A stretch of 64,000 nucleotides of DNA, from assembly GCA_016840095.1 (NCBI GenBank), contig JAEOSZ010000031.1:160938-224937 (forward strand), written 5' to 3'. The stretch is from Candidatus Heimdallarchaeota archaeon (GTDB lineage: Archaea; Asgardarchaeota; Heimdallarchaeia; Heimdallarchaeales; Heimdallarchaeaceae). Positions 51,478 to 61,632 of the stretch are shown here, piece by piece. The position numbers and the translations under genes were made by a program. The notes below the pieces were generated by a model. The model had not been told where the DNA came from, did no database searches, and was given only the letters and a program-made list of their open reading frames with translations. Numbering within the stretch: the stretch's first letter is position 1; every line of letters starts with the position of its first letter.

Positions 51478-52545
51478 TTAATACCCTAAATTTGACAACC
51501 AATTGTTTAGCTCTGTTACAAGCTCCTCAGATTGTGGTATTGATGTATCATAGAAATCAACAAAGTCACAAAATCCATCGATTAATCTAAAACTGTGATT
51601 TGCGCTAGATATTACTGTAGTATTCAGATTGCTTGGTAGAATACCATCGAATATCTCATCAAAACGTTCCAGATTGGCATTTGGAGGTACAAGACCATCA
51701 TATTCACTGAACACAAATAATCCTGGTGTATCAATATTAGCTATTACCTCTCTAGGATCATAATCAATAATTTCTGATAAGTGACCTGTTCCTCCCACAT
51801 GGAAATACTTACCTATTTTACCCCACATTATTTTTGATTTGTTGACTCTCTGTAGTTTTTTCTCTAATTCTTCTCCTTCGTAACCTTGACATTCAAAGTC
51901 CCATCTGTAGGTGTCTATAATTTGTTCTAAAACTGTTCTAGTAGGACCATTAAGACTAATGAAGAACGCTATATCTTCATGTTGATAAGCTGCTAGATTG
52001 GCTATCCATCCTCCTTGACTGTGACCAATTAGACCAATTTTGTTTGGGTCAATTGAAGGATGAGTCTTAAGATATTGAACTGCTGCATAGGCATCATCAG
52101 CTCGTCCTTGGAAATCATTATTCATCCAGTTACCTTCAGATTTGCCCATACCTCGTTTATTGATATATAAAACAGCCATATCTCTTGGAAGTAAAACTCC
52201 TTGAATATATTTCTCTACAAATTCAGGAGCATAATTCTGATAAATTCCATTACCTGAACCACCTAGAAAAACTACAGCTGCTTTTGATGCATTACCTCCA
52301 ACTGGAATAAGTAAATCTGCTTCTAAACTAAATCCATCACTTGTAATGAAAAAAGATTGTCTAAGAATATCTGGACTTGTTACTGATGCTTCCCAAACAG
52401 GATTGGGTTTAATATTTGCAGGTTGTTCAGCAATTATTATTACTAAAGAAAGAGTCATATAAAGTATCAAAAATAAATAAGCTGACAATTTCTTTTTGTT
52501 GATGTTTTTTAGAAATCCTTTGAAATTAGATGCAATTTTAGACAT
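51478..52545 (-). CDS. Membrane-anchored alpha/beta hydrolase (esterase/peptidase)
   Basis: N-terminal TM; GSG, KRG.G.S.G, GHSQGG nucleophile, D..VP, NH. Confidence 0.9.
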   Translation of the reverse strand: MSKIASNFKGFLKNINKKKLSAYLFLILYMTLSLVIIIAEQPANIKPNPVWEASVTSPDILRQSFFITSDGFSLEADLLIPVGGNASKAAVVFLGGSGNGIYQNYAPEFVEKYIQGVLLPRDMAVLYINKRGMGKSEGNWMNNDFQGRADDAYAAVQYLKTHPSIDPNKIGLIGHSQGGWIANLAAYQHEDIAFFISLNGPTRTVLEQIIDTYRWDFECQGYEGEELEKKLQRVNKSKIMWGKIGKYFHVGGTGHLSEIIDYDPREVIANIDTPGLFVFSEYDGLVPPNANLERFDEIFDGILPSNLNTTVISSANHSFRLIDGFCDFVDFYDTSIPQSEELVTELNNWLSNLGY

Positions 52546-52652
52546 TTCTATTCACCTTCAATATTAATAAAAACTAAAGCTAATCTATTTAAAATCTATG
52601 AATTGCCAAAATTTTGAAAAATACTTAAAAGAGTGTAAAACTTTCAAAAACT

Positions 52653-54467
52653 ATGAATAATAAACTTCTTAGAATTAATCTAACAGAAAGTGAAATTAAC
52701 ACTGAGGAGATACCAGAGAAAATTATTAAGCAATATATTGGTGGAACTGGTTTTATCAGTTACTACCTTTACAAGGAACTAGAAAAGAAGATTGATCCGT
52801 TATCTCCAGAGAATAAAATAATTATTGCTACAGGACCTGCTCAAGCAACACGTATCCCAATTACTGGCAGGTATGCTGTAGGAGCTAAGAGTCCATTAAC
52901 AAATCACATCATAGATGCACATTGTGGAGGTTTTGTGGGTCCAGAATTGAGGATGGCTGGTTATGATTTAGTAATTATTGAGGGAAAAGCTGAGAAACCT
53001 ACCTACATATCTATCAAAGATGATAAGGTAGAAATAAAAGATGCTACTCATCTGTGGGGAAAATTAGCTCATCCTACTGAAGAAAAAATAAGAAATGATG
53101 AAGGAGAACCAAGGATGAGAGTCATCTGTATCGGACCAGCAGGAGAGAATCTTGTGAATATCTCTTGTCCAACAGCTGATTGGCACCATAATCCAGGGAG
53201 AGGGGGTTTAGGAGCAGTCTTTGGCTCGAAGAACCTCAAGGCTATAGGTGTAAAAGGTTCAAATCAACCTACAAATGGTAATCAAAATAAAATAGATGAA
53301 GTTAGAAAAGATCTTCTAGATAGAACTAAAAAAGCAAAGGACGATGGAGCAGGAATGTTCAAGTATGGAACTAGTAATGCAGTAGGATTCTCTAATGAAA
53401 TGAGTCAATATCCGACTCGTAATTGGCAATCTGGAGAATATGAAGAACATGAGAAACTGAGTGGAGTAGATTTGGATGAAAAGTATAAAGCTATCAAGAA
53501 ACCATGTTACAATTGTCCAATAGGCTGTTCAAGTACTTTGGATGCATCAGCATTTTCTTGGACAGATGAGAAGGAAATTGCTCGTCCTGAATATGAGACC
53601 ATGGCTATGATGGGTGGTAATATAGGTCTATCAGATTTGGAAACTTTGATTCACACCAATTATCTCTGCAATCAACTTGGACTTGATACAATCAGTACTG
53701 GAAGTGCTATTGCTATGACCATGGAAGCAGTTGAGAAAGGTTTGATTTCAGGTCCAGAATTTGAAGGAATAAAATTTGGAAACAAAGAAAAAATCCTTGA
53801 AATGATCGAAATGATTGCTTATAGAAAAGGATTTGGAGATATACTTGCTGAAGGAGTAGCTCAAGCTGCCGAGAATTGGGGAATAGAGCATCTGGCAATT
53901 CATGTTAAAGGTCTACCATTTGCTGCGTGGGATCCAAGAGGAAGACTTGGATTAGGATTGAGCTATGCTACAGCTGCAGTAGGTGCAAGCCATCTTAGAG
54001 GTTGGCCAGCAACATCAGAGGTTCCAAAAGATAAGAGTGCTATAGATGTAGTAGATTCTCTTATAGAGCAACAGGATTTCAAAACACTAACAGATTGTCT
54101 GGTTGTATGTTCCTTTTCTTATGCCATTAAAGGAGGATTCACTTTTGATGATAGACAAAATGTATTATCAGCTCTATGGGACAGAGATGTTCCAAAAGAC
54201 GAGATGATGGAAATAGCTCAGAGAATATGGATAACTAAAAGACTGTTTAATATCAATCAGCATGATAATTACAGACCTATAGACTATGATGTTCTCCCAA
54301 ACAGGTTAATGAATGAACCTTTGCCTTCTGGTAGAGCAGAAGGAAGTAAAGCATTTGATAGTGAGGAAGATTTCAAAAAATCACTTCAACTGGTATATAA
54401 AAAACGAGGTTTAGATGAAATAGGAATCCCAAAGAAAGAGGAAATTGAGAAACTAGGAATAGAATAG
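52653..54467 (+). CDS. Tungsten-type aldehyde:ferredoxin oxidoreductase
   Basis: KSPLT, GRGGLGAVFGSKNLKA, CYNCPIGC, PEYET, DPRG, GASHL, LVVC. Confidence 0.95.
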   Translation: MNNKLLRINLTESEINTEEIPEKIIKQYIGGTGFISYYLYKELEKKIDPLSPENKIIIATGPAQATRIPITGRYAVGAKSPLTNHIIDAHCGGFVGPELRMAGYDLVIIEGKAEKPTYISIKDDKVEIKDATHLWGKLAHPTEEKIRNDEGEPRMRVICIGPAGENLVNISCPTADWHHNPGRGGLGAVFGSKNLKAIGVKGSNQPTNGNQNKIDEVRKDLLDRTKKAKDDGAGMFKYGTSNAVGFSNEMSQYPTRNWQSGEYEEHEKLSGVDLDEKYKAIKKPCYNCPIGCSSTLDASAFSWTDEKEIARPEYETMAMMGGNIGLSDLETLIHTNYLCNQLGLDTISTGSAIAMTMEAVEKGLISGPEFEGIKFGNKEKILEMIEMIAYRKGFGDILAEGVAQAAENWGIEHLAIHVKGLPFAAWDPRGRLGLGLSYATAAVGASHLRGWPATSEVPKDKSAIDVVDSLIEQQDFKTLTDCLVVCSFSYAIKGGFTFDDRQNVLSALWDRDVPKDEMMEIAQRIWITKRLFNINQHDNYRPIDYDVLPNRLMNEPLPSGRAEGSKAFDSEEDFKKSLQLVYKKRGLDEIGIPKKEEIEKLGIE

Positions 54468-54523
54468 AGCATTCTCTATTTTTCTCACAAAGATTAATAA
54501 ATTCAACAAAATAGCATAATCTA

Positions 54524-55498
54524 ATGTCACAAAGACTGTCATTTATTGGGCGAGCTAAGAAGATATTTTTCAGAAATTTCGCTTTACCTAGAGTTAAGAA
54601 AGTTTATGCATTAGAAAATTCAGTTCAAGATTTAGATAATTCTGTTATTTTTTCTGAGGAATCTGAACCTAGATTTGATATTCCTATTGAGTTTGGAAGA
54701 AGAGAAGGAGTAGAAGTGCCTTTAACAAGGATTACAGTCAAACACATACTTACTTGTATCAAAAATATGAAAAGAGCAGTTTATGATCTCGGGAAGAATC
54801 CAGAGAATCCTAGAAAACAGATTGAAGAAGTAGAACTAGAGGAATTAGCAGAATTTGTAAAGACAGTTAAAGTATCTTCGATAGGATATACCAAAGTTCC
54901 ACAGAAGCTAGTTTTTAGAGATAAAGCTGTAGCTTATGAGAATGCTATTGTTCTCACTATGAACATGGATAATGATGCTATCAGTACTTCTCCAAGTAAG
55001 AAATCACTTCAAAGCATCTGGTATACGTATGCCAAACTAAGCATCGCATCAAATAAGATTGCTCGATTTTTGAGAAAGAAAGGTTTTGGAGCACATGCTT
55101 CTCCTCCTCTAGGTGGTATAGCACTTTATCCAATGCTTGCACGTCAAGCAGGAATGGGAGAATTTGGTTATTCAGGGATATTAATAGGACCTTTCAATGG
55201 ACCAACTTTTAGAATTGCTGCTGTATATGTTTCTGCTGAAAATCTTCCTATTGAGCAAAAAAATGATCATTCATGGATTAGAGACTATTGTGAGCAATGC
55301 AGAAGATGTGTAAGAGAGTGTCCTCCAGGAGCTATTTATGAGAATGCTATTGAGCAAAGTTATGGTAGAATTACTCACATTGATAATGACAAATGCTTCC
55401 CATATTTTGGAAATAATCATGGATGTACAATTTGCATCAAAGTTTGCCCCTTCAATAAAACTGACTATAACACAGTGAAGAAGAATTTCCAAAAATAG
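54524..55498 (+). CDS. Reductive dehalogenase/QueG-superfamily 2x[4Fe-4S] protein without Tat signal
   Basis: AGMGEFG..G, GP..R, CxxCxxCxxxCP and Cx9CxxCxxxCP. Confidence 0.82.
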   Translation: MSQRLSFIGRAKKIFFRNFALPRVKKVYALENSVQDLDNSVIFSEESEPRFDIPIEFGRREGVEVPLTRITVKHILTCIKNMKRAVYDLGKNPENPRKQIEEVELEELAEFVKTVKVSSIGYTKVPQKLVFRDKAVAYENAIVLTMNMDNDAISTSPSKKSLQSIWYTYAKLSIASNKIARFLRKKGFGAHASPPLGGIALYPMLARQAGMGEFGYSGILIGPFNGPTFRIAAVYVSAENLPIEQKNDHSWIRDYCEQCRRCVRECPPGAIYENAIEQSYGRITHIDNDKCFPYFGNNHGCTICIKVCPFNKTDYNTVKKNFQK

Positions 55499-55550
55499 CA
55501 AAGAGCACGATAACATTTAATAATCTAAATCTTAACCTCAAAGTGACTAG

Positions 55551-56516
55551 GTGCAGATTTTGACTTTAATGGATAGGATTCAGAATTTTATAATGATGAA
55601 ATTCATGTATGGACTCTTTGAGAGAGAAAATAGTCTATCAGAAAAAGAAGATTTTGTGAAGTATAACGAAGATTCTCCTGCAAGATATGAGATTATGATG
55701 GAAGGTCATAAATATGGAAAGAGATCTGGTTTCGGACCCAAAGTAGCTCCTCTTATGATTTCCGTTATCAGAAATCAAAATAAAGTGCTGAATTCGTTAA
55801 AAAAGAATCCCCTAGAACCTAGAACAGAGATTACTGAAGATGAATTAGCTGAACTAGAAAAACTAGCAAAGAAGAAAGGTGCGGAAATAATTGGATATAC
55901 GAAGATACCATCAAATCTCATATTTGAGAACAAGGCTTTACTCCATACTAATGCAATTGTTCTAGGTTTTGAAATGGATAAAAAGAAAATAGATTCTGCT
56001 CCTAGCAAAAAATGTCTTCATGAAGTATTAAGAACATATGATGATCTAGGTATTGTTTCAAATTCCTTAGCCAAGTTCCTAAGGAAGAAAGGTTTCTCAG
56101 CTCATGCTGGTCATCCACTTATGGGTGCTGCACTCTATCCTCCAATGGCACAAATGGCTGGAATAGCCTTTTTGGGATATTCAGGCATAATGATCTCACC
56201 AGAATTCGGTCCAAGATTCAGACTCGCTGCTGTTTTTACAGGTATTGAGAACTTACCTGAGAAACCAGAAGATGAACATTGCTGGGTTCGAGAGTATTGT
56301 AAAGCTTGTAAGAAGTGTATTAGAGAATGTCCTGGTGAGGCAATATTTGACGAACCAAAAATTCACGATAATGGTCAGATTACACATGTGGAAAATACTA
56401 AATGTATGCCTCATTTCATAAACGAATATGGGTGTAGTATTTGTATCAAGGTTTGTCCTTTCAACAATGTTGATTATTATCAACTGAAAGAAAATTTCAT
56501 ACAGAAAAAGATGTAG
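55551..56516 (+). CDS. Reductive dehalogenase/QueG-superfamily 2x[4Fe-4S] protein (paralog)
   Basis: AGI...GYSG, PEFGPRFRL, CKACKKCIRECP and Cx9CSICIKVCP. Confidence 0.82.
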   Translation: MQILTLMDRIQNFIMMKFMYGLFERENSLSEKEDFVKYNEDSPARYEIMMEGHKYGKRSGFGPKVAPLMISVIRNQNKVLNSLKKNPLEPRTEITEDELAELEKLAKKKGAEIIGYTKIPSNLIFENKALLHTNAIVLGFEMDKKKIDSAPSKKCLHEVLRTYDDLGIVSNSLAKFLRKKGFSAHAGHPLMGAALYPPMAQMAGIAFLGYSGIMISPEFGPRFRLAAVFTGIENLPEKPEDEHCWVREYCKACKKCIRECPGEAIFDEPKIHDNGQITHVENTKCMPHFINEYGCSICIKVCPFNNVDYYQLKENFIQKKM

Positions 56517-56526
56517 CAGAACAATG

Positions 56527-56534
56527 TTTATAAA
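56527..56534 (+). promoter_or_regulatory. Archaeal TATA box of a leaderless gene (representative example)
   Basis: TTTATAAA ends about 22 nt before ATG 56556; similar spacing at 52624 (ATG 52653), 54494 (ATG 54524) and 46596 (ATG 46627). Confidence 0.65.
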
Positions 56535-56555
56535 AAAAATCTTATCTTTTGACCC

Positions 56556-58370
56556 ATGAATAATAAGCTTCTACGGATTAATTTATCAGAAAGTTCAATT
56601 ATAGAGGAAGATATTCCTGAGTCTGTTATTTATGACTATATGGGGGGAACTGGTTATATCACTTATTACCTTTACAAAGAGTTAGAACCAGGCATTGATC
56701 CACTCTCTCCAGAAAATAAACTAATTATTGCTCCAGGACCATTGCAAGGAACAAAGGTACCCATTTCTGGTCGTTATGCTGTTGGAACTAAGAGCCCTTT
56801 AACTGGTCTTTATCTTGACAGTAATGCTGGAGGTTTTCTAGGACCAGAAATTAGGATGGCTGGCTATGATCTAATTATTATTGAAGGGAAAGCAGAGAAA
56901 CCTGTCTACATTTCTATTAAGGACGACAAAATTGAGATTAAAGATGCTTCAGCCTTGTGGGGATATTTTGTTTATGAGACTGAAGTTCTGATTAGAGAAT
57001 TAGAAAATGAACGCAAAATGAGAATTATTACAATTGGACCGGCTGGAGAAAATCTTGTTAACTTTGCCTGTACAACTTCTGATGGTTTTCGTAATGCTGG
57101 AAGAGGGGGATTAGGAGCAGTCTTTGGTTCCAAAAATCTCAAAGCTATTGCAGTTAAGGGTTCAACTAGACCTAAAAATGGTAACCCAGCGAAAATTGAA
57201 GAAGTTAGAAAAGACATTGTTCAAAGAGCAAAAAATGCAAAAGAGGATGGGCACTTACTTCATCAACATGGGACAAGTTGGTTAGTCAAAGTATCTAGTA
57301 ATCTTGATCACTATCCTACTCGCAATTGGCAATCAGGAGAATTCGAAGATGTAGAAAATCTAAGCCATGAAGCATTCTCTGAAAAATACAAGCGTTTCAG
57401 ACGACCTTGTTTCCAATGTCCTATTGGTTGTAGTGAAACACTTGATGCTTCAGTTTTTGATTGGGTTAAAGAAGATAGGAAGGAAATTGCTAAACCTGAA
57501 TACGAGACTTTAGCTATGTTGGGAGGTAATTGCGGTATTAATGATATAGAAGCTGTTATTCATGCAAACTATCTCTGTAATCAACTAGGACTAGATACCA
57601 TCACTACAGGTAGTGCAATAGCCATGACAATGGAAGCTAAGGAGAAAGGTTTCATTGATGGTCCAGAATTTGATTCAATTGAATTTGGTAATGTAGATAA
57701 GTTTCTAGAACTCATAGACATGATAGCTTATCGTAAAGATATTGGTGAAATCTTAGCTGAGGGAGTTGCACAAGCAGCTGAGCATTGGAATATAGAAGAT
57801 TTAGCTATACATGTCAAGAAACTTCCTTTTGCAGCTTGGGATCCTCGTGCTAAACTAGGATTAGGTTTAAGTTATGCTACAGCAGCTGTTGGAGCAAGCC
57901 ATCTTAGAGGTTGGCCCACTACATCAGAGATACCTGAAAAGAGTGCAATAAAAGTATTAGATTCACTAATCGAGCAGCAGGATCTAAAGACAATTAAAGA
58001 CTGTCTATCAATTTGTCACTTTACTCATAGCATAAAACCAGCTTTGGGATTTGATGACTGTGTTGATATAGCTTCAGCTGTTTGGAACAAAGAAGTAACT
58101 TCTGAAGAGTTAACAGATTTAGCTAGAAGAATTTGGATTCTCAAAAGAATGTTCAATATGAGAGAATTCGGAGATAAGAAACCTATTGAATTTGATAATC
58201 TTCCCAAAAGATTTATGGAAGAACCTTTACCAACTGGAAGAGCTAAAGGCAAAACAGCTTTTGTAAACGATGAAGATTTCATCGAATCCAGAAGAATTCT
58301 ATATGAAAAGCGAGGATTAGATGCTGAAGGTATCCCAACAGTTGAAGAGTTGAAGAGATTAGGGCTATAA
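56556..58370 (+). CDS. Tungsten-type aldehyde:ferredoxin oxidoreductase (close paralog of 52653-54467)
   Basis: Same length (604 aa) and motifs; CFQCPIGC, PEYET, GASHL, LSIC. Confidence 0.95.
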   Translation: MNNKLLRINLSESSIIEEDIPESVIYDYMGGTGYITYYLYKELEPGIDPLSPENKLIIAPGPLQGTKVPISGRYAVGTKSPLTGLYLDSNAGGFLGPEIRMAGYDLIIIEGKAEKPVYISIKDDKIEIKDASALWGYFVYETEVLIRELENERKMRIITIGPAGENLVNFACTTSDGFRNAGRGGLGAVFGSKNLKAIAVKGSTRPKNGNPAKIEEVRKDIVQRAKNAKEDGHLLHQHGTSWLVKVSSNLDHYPTRNWQSGEFEDVENLSHEAFSEKYKRFRRPCFQCPIGCSETLDASVFDWVKEDRKEIAKPEYETLAMLGGNCGINDIEAVIHANYLCNQLGLDTITTGSAIAMTMEAKEKGFIDGPEFDSIEFGNVDKFLELIDMIAYRKDIGEILAEGVAQAAEHWNIEDLAIHVKKLPFAAWDPRAKLGLGLSYATAAVGASHLRGWPTTSEIPEKSAIKVLDSLIEQQDLKTIKDCLSICHFTHSIKPALGFDDCVDIASAVWNKEVTSEELTDLARRIWILKRMFNMREFGDKKPIEFDNLPKRFMEEPLPTGRAKGKTAFVNDEDFIESRRILYEKRGLDAEGIPTVEELKRLGL

Positions 58371-58382
58371 TCTTTCGTCTCT

Positions 58383-58451
58383 TTAACCATAGAATCCTTC
58401 TGTAGAATAAGGGTAAAGGTCTACTGCTTCAGCAGTTCCAGGTATGTGAAT
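58383..58451 (-). pseudogene. 3'-terminal relic of a beta-helix surface protein gene
   Basis: IHIPGTAEAVDLYPYSTEGFYG* matches the cap motif I.G....D.YP of the three intact beta-helix proteins. Confidence 0.5.
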
Positions 58452-58545
58452 TTTTAAAAAGAAAAAAACTAATGTATAATCTCTTTTTACGTAATCTTTA
58501 TAGGTGAAAATAAGTGAACTAAGCTAGTTGACAAAGGTGACTTAA

Positions 58546-59691
58546 ATGTCAAAGAAAAGTAAAAATATAATCCTAAATTTTATAGGTATTTCACCTCTTC
58601 TACTATTAATTTCATTACTCTGGATAAATGCTTGTTTTAGCTTTACAAATGCTTATCTACAAGAAGCTACTATCTCAAAAAAAATCCAATTAATTCCCCA
58701 TAGTCCCTTCACAATCACCTCTGATTTAGATTTCGAGACTTATGGATTCCCTGGAAATGGGTTACAAAACAATCCATACATCATTGAAAACTATGAAATT
58801 ATTTCTTCAGCTGTTAAAGGTATAAGCATATCTGATACGACAAAATTCTTTGTTATTCGAAATTGTTATGTTGATGTGTTAACATCAGGTATTTATTTGA
58901 GTAATGTTGCAAAAGGAACTTCTACAATTACTAATAATACTTGTACTAACAATGTTGTTGGTATTGAATTACGATCATCATCTAGCGATATAATCAACAA
59001 CACATGCACTCTAAATACAGAATATGGAATACAAGTAGATTCTTCTCCAAGTTTAGTTAAGAATAATACTTGTTTCTCAAACGGAGCATATGGAATTTAT
59101 CTCTGGAATTCATCAGATTCTCTTATTGTTGAAAATACATGTAATAACAACAATATGCGAGGAATATATCTGCAAGATAATCAAAACTCAACAATTTCAG
59201 ATAATATCTGTTATTATAATACTCAATGGGGTATATATCTAGTTCATTCGCACCACAATACACTTACAAAGAACCTATGCAACTTCAACTATGACAAAGG
59301 TATGTATTTCTGGGGATCTGATAATTGCAACATCACTGATAGTTCTTTTGAAGCAAATGGAGGGTACGGAATTGATTTAGATTCTAATTCTGATAGTAAC
59401 ATTGTTTGCAACAACAATTTTCTTGATAATATAGTTTCAGCCTCCCAAGCACGTGATGATGGATCTAATAATTATTGGTACAATATTACAAGTTTATCTG
59501 GTAATTTTTGGTCCGATTGGTACTCTGGTTCTTATTCTATTGATGGATTTTCAAGTTCTGTTGATATGTATCCCTTAAATGATCCAGTTATTTTTCCTGA
59601 ATACAGTTTAAAATTGTCCTTCTTAATGGTATTTTTGATTTCATTATCTTTAGCTACTATATGTTACTCTAAAAAGAAATTGAAATCATGA
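58546..59691 (+). CDS. Secreted parallel beta-helix (NosD/CASH-like) protein with PEF-CTERM-like anchor
   Basis: NNTC..N..GI.L repeats; GNFW...DMYPL; FPEY + TM + KKKLKS. Confidence 0.87.
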   Translation: MSKKSKNIILNFIGISPLLLLISLLWINACFSFTNAYLQEATISKKIQLIPHSPFTITSDLDFETYGFPGNGLQNNPYIIENYEIISSAVKGISISDTTKFFVIRNCYVDVLTSGIYLSNVAKGTSTITNNTCTNNVVGIELRSSSSDIINNTCTLNTEYGIQVDSSPSLVKNNTCFSNGAYGIYLWNSSDSLIVENTCNNNNMRGIYLQDNQNSTISDNICYYNTQWGIYLVHSHHNTLTKNLCNFNYDKGMYFWGSDNCNITDSSFEANGGYGIDLDSNSDSNIVCNNNFLDNIVSASQARDDGSNNYWYNITSLSGNFWSDWYSGSYSIDGFSSSVDMYPLNDPVIFPEYSLKLSFLMVFLISLSLATICYSKKKLKS

Positions 59692-59760
59692 TATCTCCTC
59701 TTTTTTTTCTTTTTTTGACAGTTTAGTAGTCTTTATCAATTTCTGTGTCAATATATTATT

Positions 59761-61527
59761 ATGAGTAATGAGTTTGATGAAGAACAGAAGATTTTCCTTA
59801 CTCTACAACCTAAGGAGAAGATTCTATTTGTCCGAAATCAGGTAAATGAAATAGTAACAACTCTAACTCAAAAGAAAGTTGATGTAGATATTTTTATTAC
59901 GAAAATTGCTCATTTCAAAACATACACATCAAGATTATTTAGATTATCAGGAGTATATAAAAAAGAGTATTTTGATTTTCTTGTATATAGTATCAAAATC
60001 ATGTGGAATGCAGTAGAGCATTGTACATCGCAATTTATGCTATATCCAGCATTGTCTGCATTCATAGATCTATTCTCAAAACTGAAAGGATTAAATCCTT
60101 ATTATACACTAGATGGAGCAATAGAACAGACTCTTGAATATGGAAAACTACCTTCTAAGGACAAAATAGCTGAATTACTTAAACAGGAAAAACAGCATCT
60201 TAATTTCCTAATTGATTATATGCAACTTGATTCAGTTTTAAGATTAGATTTGACCAAATTTGAGAAGAAGAATATTGTTAAATCTGCAACAAACTATGCT
60301 CAAATCTTGGTTTTAACTCTATACAATTTTCTGGTAACTATACCTGTTATCTCTAAAGAAGATTTTCTGGATTGGTGCAAGCTCTTTGATGATGCTCTTG
60401 AGAAAGCTAGGTTAGGTCATCATTATTTGAAAGAAATAGAAGAAGAACCATTCGAGTTATTGAGGACAAAGATATCTGAATCATCGCTCTTTTCTCTGAA
60501 AGCACAATTACACCTTCTAAGAGCACGATTTACCAATGAGAATGTGAATGAATTTCTGAATCTTGCATACATGGATAATTCTAGAGCTTTAAGTGAGATT
60601 GAACCTTACAAAAAAGATGAACTTTTTAGTGAAACTATCAGGAGTTTTTACATCCAGCAAAAGGCTTTACTTCTTGAAACAAGATTCTATCAAATTCTGT
60701 TTAATATCCAGCAAACACAGTATAAGAATTCCATCTATGTTGGGGATCTAAAAGATGAGAAACCCGAACTTACTAAATCATTAGTTAAATTTGAAATCGA
60801 AGAAATTCTAAGCGAAATTGAGGTACATGTTCAAGATCTTCTAAGTAGATCCAGAAGAGAAGAATTAGGAATTTCATTCAATTTGATAGGAATTTATGCT
60901 AAAGTATCTCTTGGTGCATATATCTATGATCTTGTAGATGAAGTTAGCACAATGGAAGAAATAATCAAGACTCAACGAATTGATGTTGGTGATCCTGAAC
61001 TTTCTTTATTACTTGCTAGATATTGGCTAATCAGATGGTCTGAAGAAAATGATGAAGAGTATTTGAGCTTATCACAAAGTTACTTCGATAGAGCAGCTGA
61101 AGTTTATCAGATGCTGTTCAATAATAGATATGTTCCTATTTATGGATATACAATGGTTGCTCTTTATCAGTTATATAAGAAGAACATTCCTAGAGCTGAA
61201 ATTTATCTGATGAAGGCGGATGATGAATATACAGACGCTAAGATGCTTAAAATACTTAATAGTTCAGAACAATATTATTATGAGAAATTTAGAGAACAGA
61301 CAGATCAAATAATTAAGGGAGAAAAGATTGACAGGCCTTTAAGATTTGATAAACCTCTCAATCCTCTAGATTTTAACTCTTGGTTAACTGAGAAGAAAGA
61401 CTGGAGAAAAAAGCTTGCTTCTTTTCCTGAACCATTTCCTTTCCATTTAGATCAGTTGAAAATACTTGAGTTTGAATTCCTTTCACCTGAAAATAATAAT
61501 TTTCAAGAAAAAGGGGATAATTTATGA
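59761..61527 (+). CDS. All-alpha (TPR-like) hypothetical protein
   Basis: 588-aa ORF, helical amphipathic pattern, A..Y...A TPR-like pairs near the C-terminus. Confidence 0.65.
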   Translation: MSNEFDEEQKIFLTLQPKEKILFVRNQVNEIVTTLTQKKVDVDIFITKIAHFKTYTSRLFRLSGVYKKEYFDFLVYSIKIMWNAVEHCTSQFMLYPALSAFIDLFSKLKGLNPYYTLDGAIEQTLEYGKLPSKDKIAELLKQEKQHLNFLIDYMQLDSVLRLDLTKFEKKNIVKSATNYAQILVLTLYNFLVTIPVISKEDFLDWCKLFDDALEKARLGHHYLKEIEEEPFELLRTKISESSLFSLKAQLHLLRARFTNENVNEFLNLAYMDNSRALSEIEPYKKDELFSETIRSFYIQQKALLLETRFYQILFNIQQTQYKNSIYVGDLKDEKPELTKSLVKFEIEEILSEIEVHVQDLLSRSRREELGISFNLIGIYAKVSLGAYIYDLVDEVSTMEEIIKTQRIDVGDPELSLLLARYWLIRWSEENDEEYLSLSQSYFDRAAEVYQMLFNNRYVPIYGYTMVALYQLYKKNIPRAEIYLMKADDEYTDAKMLKILNSSEQYYYEKFREQTDQIIKGEKIDRPLRFDKPLNPLDFNSWLTEKKDWRKKLASFPEPFPFHLDQLKILEFEFLSPENNNFQEKGDNL

Positions 61528-61632
61528 AAGAATTTTGTCATGTAGTCATATTAAGTTGACGATGAATCAACCTAAATGAAGGGTGACAGAAAGATATTAC
61601 AGGGGCTTTTATAGAAAAATAAAGTAGAAAAT

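Noticed and set aside
61531-61561. Possible Xer/dif-like recombination site at the left end of the TnpB element
   Set aside because: The internal palindrome is weak (about 6/11); pairing with the right end as a TIR explains the sequence better.
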